Translations under genes and position numbers: made by a program
Part shown: positions 7,384-11,777 of the stretch, piece by piece
Layout of the letters: every line of letters begins with the position of its first letter
Numbering within the stretch: position 1 is the first letter of the stretch
Source: a virus
Lineage: Duplodnaviria > Heunggongvirae > Uroviricota > Caudoviricetes
Virus record (IMG/VR): IMGVR_UViG_2526164609_000022
Length of the DNA stretch: 11,777 nucleotides
Direction: 5' to 3' (one strand)
The notes under the pieces: generated by a model
Told to the model about the DNA's origin: nothing
What the model saw: only the letters and a program-made list of their open reading frames with translations
Database searches by the model: none

Positions 7384-7686
7384 GGGATTTTCTCGCTGAA
7401 AGGGGTTGTTAAGGAGTAACGGGTTCTTCGGGTTTGCTTCCGGCTGACTGACTGGCGCTGATTTTCTCAGCGGCCCTTTTATCAATCTGCCTGTACCAGA
7501 AATCGCGCACAGCCCTGTACCCACCCGAAAGAAGATACAGCACAGACCGCCGTACAGAAGTACAGCATCACCTGATGAATAAATGTCATAATTTCTTACC
7601 GTTATGGTTGACAATGAGAATTGTTTTCATTTAAAAAACCAATGTACGAAAGCATCTTTTCTTTACATTCTCCATTGGGATTACCT

Positions 7687-7723
7687 CCGCCAGCTTCCAT
7701 TCCTGCCGCTGGCGGCTTTTTTT
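7687..7723 (+). terminator. rho-independent terminator, plus-strand orientation (CCGCCAGC-loop-GCTGGCGG followed by T7)
   Basis: 7687-7694 CCGCCAGC and 7708-7715 GCTGGCGG are exact reverse complements, followed by CTTTTTTT at 7716-7723. Confidence 0.5.
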
Positions 7724-7728
7724 AGCAA

Positions 7729-8227
7729 TTATGCGGCTGCTCCAGCTTTGTTTGCTTTAACTTCCACCGTATCAATAAGTACAGGGTAGGTTTCTGCACT
7801 ACCTGTAATATCCGTAATGACAAACCTGTTGAGTCCATTAGCAGTATTGGCCCATTTCACCAGGTCAAACGCCTGTCCATCCACACCATCAAGCACCGGA
7901 GTAACATTAATGCTGTTACTGCCCTTAAATTTAAATGCAAGCGTATGCCAGTCATGGTCGAATGCGCCAAACGTGCCAAGTTCTTTTTGTTGATTAACTG
8001 TATGATGGTATGCAACATTAATACTGGCTTTATCTGACTGGACAAAGAAAGAACTCAGATGGCCTTCACCACCCTCACCCGGCCATTCCGCTATTCGCCA
8101 GTACAAACCAAAGGCATACTTGTTTCTGGTTGTCTCAAGATTGACGTTTTCGGGGATTTTAAACCGGACAGCAATTTCCCCGCCTTTTTCCAGTAAAAGT
8201 TTTGCCTTGTCTGCAGCAATATCACAG
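7729..8227 (-). pseudogene. 3' fragment (about 166 codons) of a prophage gene whose 5' part was removed by the IS600-like insertion; product unassigned
   Basis: The minus-strand frame is open from 7729 through the IS end at 8228 with no native start; the only start codon is a GTG lying inside the IS terminal repeat. Sequence ..YAFGLYWRIAEWPGEGGEGHLSSFFVQSD..GTFGAFDHDWHTLAFKFKGSNSINVTPVLDG.. suggests an all-beta domain, which is inference only. Confidence 0.5.
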
Positions 8228-8338
8228 TGAGGTAGCCTGAGTTTAACGGACACTCCTTCCTGAAATAGAATGGCATCAGAAGGAGCTAATAATGAGCAGA
8301 AAAAAACAACGTTACTCTAAAGAGTTCAAAGCCGAAGC
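8228..8338 (+). mobile_element. IS3-family (IS600-like) left end: terminal repeat plus first 16 codons of orfA, truncated by IS1
   Basis: Begins TGAGGTAGCCTGAGTTTAACGGACAC (IS3-family style TG... end). SD GGAG then ATG at 8292 encodes MSRKKQRYSKEFKAEAV, the recognisable IS600 OrfA N-terminus, and is cut at 8338/8339 by the IS1 terminal repeat. Confidence 0.75.
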
Positions 8339-8353
8339 GGTAATGACTCCAAC

Positions 8354-8857
8354 TTACTGATAGTGTTTTATGTTCAGATAATGCCCGATGACCTTGTCAT
8401 GCAGCTCCACCGATTTTGAGAACGACAGTGACTTCCGTCCCAGCCTTGCCAGATGTTGTCTCAGATTCAGATTATGTCGCTCAATGCGCTGAGTGTAACG
8501 CTTGCTGATAACGTGCAGCTTTCCCTTCAGGCGTGATTCATACAGCGGCCAGCCATCCGTCATCCATACCACGACCTCAAAGGCCGACAGCAGGCTCAGA
8601 AGACGCTCCAGTGTGGTCAGAGTGCGTTCACCGAAGACGTGCGCCACAACCGTCCTCCGTATCCTGTCATACGCGTAAAACAGCCAGCGCTGACGTGATT
8701 TAGCACCGACGTAGCCCCACTGTTCGTCCATTTCAGCGCAGACAATCACATCACTGCCCGGTTGTATGCGCGAGGTTACCGACTGCGGCCTGAGTTTTTT
8801 AAGTGACGTAAAACCGTGTTGAGGCCAACGCCCATAATGCGTGCACTGGCGCGACAT
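8354..8857 (-). CDS. insB: IS1 InsB frame (167 aa; expressed as the InsAB' fusion by -1 frameshifting)
   Basis: ..[64 protein letters not shown] matches IS1 InsB; overlaps the insA 3' end in the -1 frame. Confidence 0.9.
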   Translation of the reverse strand: MSRQCTHYGRWPQHGFTSLKKLRPQSVTSRIQPGSDVIVCAEMDEQWGYVGAKSRQRWLFYAYDRIRRTVVAHVFGERTLTTLERLLSLLSAFEVVVWMTDGWPLYESRLKGKLHVISKRYTQRIERHNLNLRQHLARLGRKSLSFSKSVELHDKVIGHYLNIKHYQ

Positions 8858-9051
8858 CCGACGCCATTCATGGCCATATCAATGATTTTCTGGTGCGTAC
8901 CGGGCTGAGAGGCGGTGTAAGTGAACTGTAGTTGCCATGTTTTACGGCAATGAGAGCAGAGATAGCGCTGATGTCCGGCAGTGCTTTTGCCGTTACGCAC
9001 CACGCCTTCAGTAGCGGAGCAGGAAGGACATCTGATGGAAATGGAAGCCAC
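8776..9051 (-). CDS. insA: IS1 InsA (91 aa)
   Basis: [40 protein letters not shown].. zinc-finger/HTH protein of IS1; GTG start in this copy. Confidence 0.9.
   Translation of the reverse strand: MASISIRCPSCSATEGVVRNGKSTAGHQRYLCSHCRKTWQLQFTYTASQPGTHQKIIDMAMNGVGCRASARIMGVGLNTVLRHLKNSGRSR
8794..8800 (-). promoter_or_regulatory. IS1 programmed -1 ribosomal frameshift motif A6C (TTAAAAAACTC on the minus strand)
   Basis: Plus strand GTTTTTT at 8794-8800 is the reverse complement of AAAAAAC. It lies in the insA/insB overlap just upstream of the insA stop, where the established IS1 frameshift site is located. Confidence 0.6.
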
Positions 9052-9106
9052 GCAAGCACCTTAAAATCACCATCATACACTAAATCAGTAAGTTGGCAGC
9101 ATTACC

Positions 9107-9354
9107 CGCTCGACGAGTGGAAACCAAAACGGTTCAGTCTCCCAATAACAAACACTACCCTGGTGAAATACGGAAAACTAGGATACATCGTTCCAAGACC
9201 ACAAAAAATTCGTGGGCGTTGGCTGATAGATCGCCGAGCAGTATTTGTTGGGCCTGGTGAAACGGGAATTGCGCCGGAAATTCATACTGGCGATGATGAT
9301 GCACTGAAGGAGATTTTAACTCATGTCACCGAGGCCACGAAAAAACAGCACTGA
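9107..9354 (+). pseudogene. xis: lambda-type excisionase Xis, missing roughly its first 4 codons because IS1 is inserted at its 5' end
   Basis: In-frame translation from the IS1 boundary reads (P)LDEWKPKRFSLPITNTTLVKYGKLGYIVPRPQKIRGRWLIDRRAV.., which aligns with lambda Xis MYLTLQEWNARQRRPRSLETVRRWV..PPPVKDGREYLFHESAV. Its stop at 9352-9354 overlaps the int start at 9323 by 32 nt, as in the lambda xis-int arrangement. Confidence 0.65.
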
Positions 9355-9718
9355 CGTAGCCGGTCTTTACGAAAAGTTTGATCGCAGAACTGGCAGAGTT
9401 TACTACCAGTATAAAAATCCTGTGACTGGAAAATTTCACGGACTCGGAACAGACAAAGGTAAGGCAGAAAAAATCGCTTCCACAGCCAATCAGCGAATAG
9501 CTGCAGCAGAAGCTGAATATTTCATGCGCAAAATTGATGAAAGTCCGTCAGCAACAAAACGTCGGGGTATCAGATTAAAGGCATGGGTTGATCGATATCT
9601 GAAAATACAGGACACGCGACTGAAAAATGGAGATATTGCAGCTACAACTCACAAAGAAAAAACTCGAATGGCTGCATACCTGGTTTCCCGTCTGGGAAAC
9701 CACCCATTGAAAGAACTG
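9323..9718 (+). pseudogene. int: lambda-family tyrosine integrase, N-terminal arm-binding part (132 codons), interrupted by IS2
   Basis: MSPRPRKNSTDVAGLYEKFDRRTGRVYYQYKNPVTGKFHGLGTDK.. resembles the lambda Int N-terminal domain (..RRDLPPNLYIR..YYCYRDPRTGKEFGLGRD..). The frame runs straight into the IS2 left end, where TAG at 9719-9721 is the first triplet of IS2. Confidence 0.85.
9714..9718. repeat. left copy of the IS2 5-bp target-site duplication (AACTG)
   Basis: Identical pentamer immediately outside both IS2 ends. Confidence 0.85.
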
Positions 9719-9809
9719 TAGACTGGCCCCCTGAATCTCCAGACAACCAGTATCACTTAAATAAGTGATAGTCTTAATACTAGTTTTTAGACTAGTCATT
9801 GGAGTACAG

Positions 9810-10175
9810 ATGATTGATGTCTTAGGGCCGGAGAAACGCAGACGGCGTACCACACAGGAAAAGATCGCAATTGTTCAGCAGAGCTTTGAACCGGGGATGA
9901 CGGTCTCCCTCGTTGCCCGGCAACATGGTGTAGCAGCCAGCCAGTTATTTCTCTGGCGTAAGCAATACCAGGAAGGAAGTCTTACTGCTGTGGCCGCCGG
10001 AGAACAGGTTGTTCCTGCCTCTGAACTTGCTGCCGCCATGAAGCAGATTAAAGAACTCCAGCGCCTGCTCGGCAAGAAAACGATGGAAAATGAACTCCTC
10101 AAAGAAGCCGTTGAATATGGACGGGCAAAAAAGTGGATAGCGCACGCGCCCTTATTGCCCGGGGATGGGGAGTAA
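9810..10175 (+). CDS. insC: IS2 OrfA / InsC (121 aa)
   Basis: [56 protein letters not shown].. is the IS2 InsC sequence. The true ATG is at 9810; the ORF-track start at 9765 is an upstream extension. Confidence 0.9.
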
Positions 10176-11038
10176 GCTTAGTCAGCCGTTGTCTCCGGGT
10201 GTCGCGTGCGCAGTTGCACGTCATTCTCAGACGAACCGATGACTGGATGGATGGCCGCCGCAGTCGTCACACTGATGATACGGATGTGCTTCTCCGTATA
10301 CACCATGTTATCGGAGAGCTGCCCACGTATGGTTATCGTCGGGTATGGGCGCTGCTTCGCAGACAGGCAGAACTTGATGGTATGCCTGCGATCAATGCCA
10401 AACGTGTTTACCGGATCATGCGCCAGAATGCGCTGTTGCTTGAGCTAAAACCTGCTGTACCACCATCGAAACGGGCACATACAGGCAGAGTGGCCGTGAA
10501 AGAAAGCAATCAGCGATGGTGCTCTGACGGGTTCGAGTTCTGCTGTGATAACGGAGAGAGACTGCGTGTCACGTTCGCGCTGGACTGCTGTGATCGTGAG
10601 GCACTGCACTGGGCGGTGACTACCGGCGGCTTCAACAGTGAAACAGTACAGGACGTCATGCTGGGAGCGGTGGAACGCCGCTTCGGCAACGATCTTCCGT
10701 CGTCTCCAGTGGAGTGGCTGACGGATAATGGTTCATGCTACCGGGCTAATGAAACACGCCAGTTCGCCCGGATGTTGGGACTTGAACCGAAGAACACGGC
10801 GGTGCGGAGTCCGGAGAGTAACGGAATAGCAGAGAGCTTCGTGAAAACGATAAAGCGTGACTACATCAGTATCATGCCCAAACCAGACGGGTTAACGGCA
10901 GCAAAGAACCTTGCAGAGGCGTTCGAGCATTATAACGAATGGCATCCGCATAGTGCGCTGGGTTATCGCTCGCCACGGGAATATCTGCGGCAGCGGGCTT
11001 GTAATGGGTTAAGTGATAACAGATGTCTGGAAATATAG
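10133..11038 (+). CDS. insD: IS2 OrfB / InsD (301 aa), DDE transposase catalytic part
   Basis: Overlaps insC in the -1 frame as in IS2; 301 aa with the integrase-core DDE region (..[27 protein letters not shown]..). Confidence 0.9.
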
Positions 11039-11049
11039 GGGCAAATCCA

Positions 11050-11054
11050 AACTG
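11050..11054. repeat. right copy of the IS2 5-bp target-site duplication (AACTG)
   Basis: Identical pentamer immediately outside both IS2 ends. Confidence 0.85.
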
Positions 11055-11777
11055 GAAGTAAGAGACTTTGCATTAATACTGGATGAGTGGCTGGATAAAG
11101 ACATGGTCAGCACAGCGAGAGTAAATCGTGGATTATGGGTTGATATTTATAAAGAAGCACAGCATGCAGGGGAAGTTCCTCCTGGATGGAATCCTCCGGA
11201 GGCTACCCGTAAACCGATCCCTAAAGTAACCAGAGCCAGGCTCACCATGGAAGACTGGCAAAAAATTTACAATGCAACGCCTGAAAAACACTTTATCCGT
11301 AACGCAATGCTTCTTGCGATTGTTACTGGTCAGCGCCGTGATGACATTTGCCACATGCGTTTTTCAGATGTGTGGAACGAACACTTGCATATCACCCAGG
11401 GAAAAACCGGAATGCGTCTGGCGTTACCGCTTACACTACGCTGTGATGCCATTGGGATAACGTTAAAAGAAGTTATTGATGGGTGCCGAGACAGAATATT
11501 AAGTCCATATCTAATCCATAGTCGGCACCAGAAACAACCGAAGCCGATGAGTAAAGACAACCTGAGCGACTACTTTGCCAAAGCACGGGATCTGGCTGGG
11601 ATAATTCCACCAGCAGGAAAAACTCCGCCAACATTTCATGAACAACGCTCTCTATCAGAACGGCTGTACCGTGCACAGGGTATCGATACAAAAACATTAC
11701 TAGGACATAAAGTCCAGGCAACCACCGATCGCTATAACGATACTCGAGGTCAGGAATGGGTTAAGCTGGTTATTTGA
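11050..11777 (+). pseudogene. int: lambda-family tyrosine integrase, C-terminal catalytic part (240 codons), continuing the frame interrupted at 9718
   Basis: After removing IS2 and one AACTG copy, codon 9716-9718 CTG joins 11055 GAA in frame (..HPLKEL|EVRDFALILDEW..). Catalytic signature residues are present: AIVTGQRRDD (Arg), FHEQRSLSERLY (His-x-x-Arg), LLGHKVQATTDRY (His, Tyr). The stop is at 11775-11777, the window end. Confidence 0.85.

Larger units (their letters stand above)
8339..9106 (-). mobile_element. IS1, complete (768 bp)
   Basis: Ends GGTAATGACTCCAACTTACTGATAGTGTTTTATGTTCAGATAATGCCCGATGAC (8339-) and ..CACCATCATACACTAAATCAGTAAGTTGGCAGCATTACC (-9106). Contains insA and insB. 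The 9-bp flanks differ (AGCCGAAGC vs CGCTCGACG), so there is no target duplication. Confidence 0.95.
9719..11049 (+). mobile_element. IS2, complete (1331 bp), flanked by 5-bp target-site duplication AACTG
   Basis: Left end TAGACTGGCCCCCTGAATCTCCAGACAACC.., right end ..GTTAAGTGATAACAGATGTCTGGAAATATAGGGGCAAATCCA. Contains insC and insD. AACTG is present at 9714-9718 and 11050-11054. Confidence 0.95.

Noticed and set aside
7148-7399. Plus-strand Ser-rich 83-aa ORF
   Set aside because: Antisense to the acidic ORF; low-complexity serine-rich translation.
7384-7614. 77-codon N-terminal extension of the acidic ORF starting at TTG 7614
   Set aside because: Depends on a TTG start with no RBS; it would run through the region carrying promoter- and terminator-like signals. 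I kept the first ATG (7383) as the start but flagged the uncertainty.
7604-7789. Plus-strand 61-aa ORF
   Set aside because: Spans the intergenic terminator hairpins and runs antisense into the truncated gene; no coding signal.
7729-8253. Identification of the truncated gene as a NanS-p/YjhS-type esterase, which sits before the lysis genes in some lambdoid prophages
   Set aside because: The fragment does not match the YjhS sequence features I recall, so the idea is unsupported and left unassigned.
7857-8276. Minus-strand ORFs 7857..8045 and 8091..8276
   Set aside because: Alternative frames overlapping the longer 7729..8253 frame and the IS3-family end; no support.
8868-9080. Minus-strand 70-aa ORF inside IS1
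   Set aside because: Alternative frame overlapping insA within IS1; not one of the two known IS1 genes.
8932-9354. Plus-strand 140-aa ORF taken as a single gene
   Set aside because: It is chimeric: its 5' two-fifths are antisense IS1 sequence and only the part after the IS1 end (9107 onward) carries the Xis-like sequence. Annotated instead as a truncated xis.
9575-10448. ORFs 9575..9853 (-), 9875..10102 (-), 9945..10145 (-) and 10206..10448 (+)
   Set aside because: Antisense or alternative-frame ORFs within the integrase N-terminal part and the IS2 insC/insD genes.
11133-11721. ORFs 11133..11354 (-), 11272..11460 (+), 11330..11560 (-) and 11473..11721 (-)
   Set aside because: Alternative-frame or antisense ORFs inside the integrase catalytic domain, which is strongly supported on the plus strand.
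1-11777. CRISPR arrays, tRNA or rRNA genes
   Set aside because: No regularly spaced direct repeats with unique spacers were seen, and no GTTCGA-type T-loop with surrounding cloverleaf complementarity in the intergenic regions I checked (4358-4709 and 7384-7728).

Overview
This window reads as an E. coli/Shigella-type chromosomal segment holding an IS-riddled remnant of a lambdoid prophage; no multi-gene novel system is evident, and the most unusual feature is a pair of small membrane ORFs inside the lysis cassette. Left third (1-4357): two different IS66-family elements. Copy A (minus strand) is cut off inside tnpB exactly where copy B begins (plus strand, 1917-4357, 2441 bp, GTAAGCG...CGCTTAC ends); copy A tnpC also has a frameshift in a homopolymer run. 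Middle (4710-7383, minus strand): a lysis cassette with all ORFs open. It contains a dual-start pinholin, a YdfR/DUF1327-like ORF, a SAR-type endolysin and Rz with embedded Rz1. Between endolysin and Rz sit a hairpin terminator and two small, translationally coupled single-TM ORFs that I cannot assign. Right third: a gene fragment cut by an IS600-like IS3-family end, itself cut by a complete IS1 (768 bp, no target duplication). IS1 abuts a 5'-truncated xis, followed by a lambda-type integrase split by a complete IS2 (1331 bp, 5-bp AACTG duplication). The whole prophage early region between the lysis genes and xis is missing. I saw no rRNA, tRNA or CRISPR array. All calls rest on reading the sequence and recalled protein families; no searches were run.
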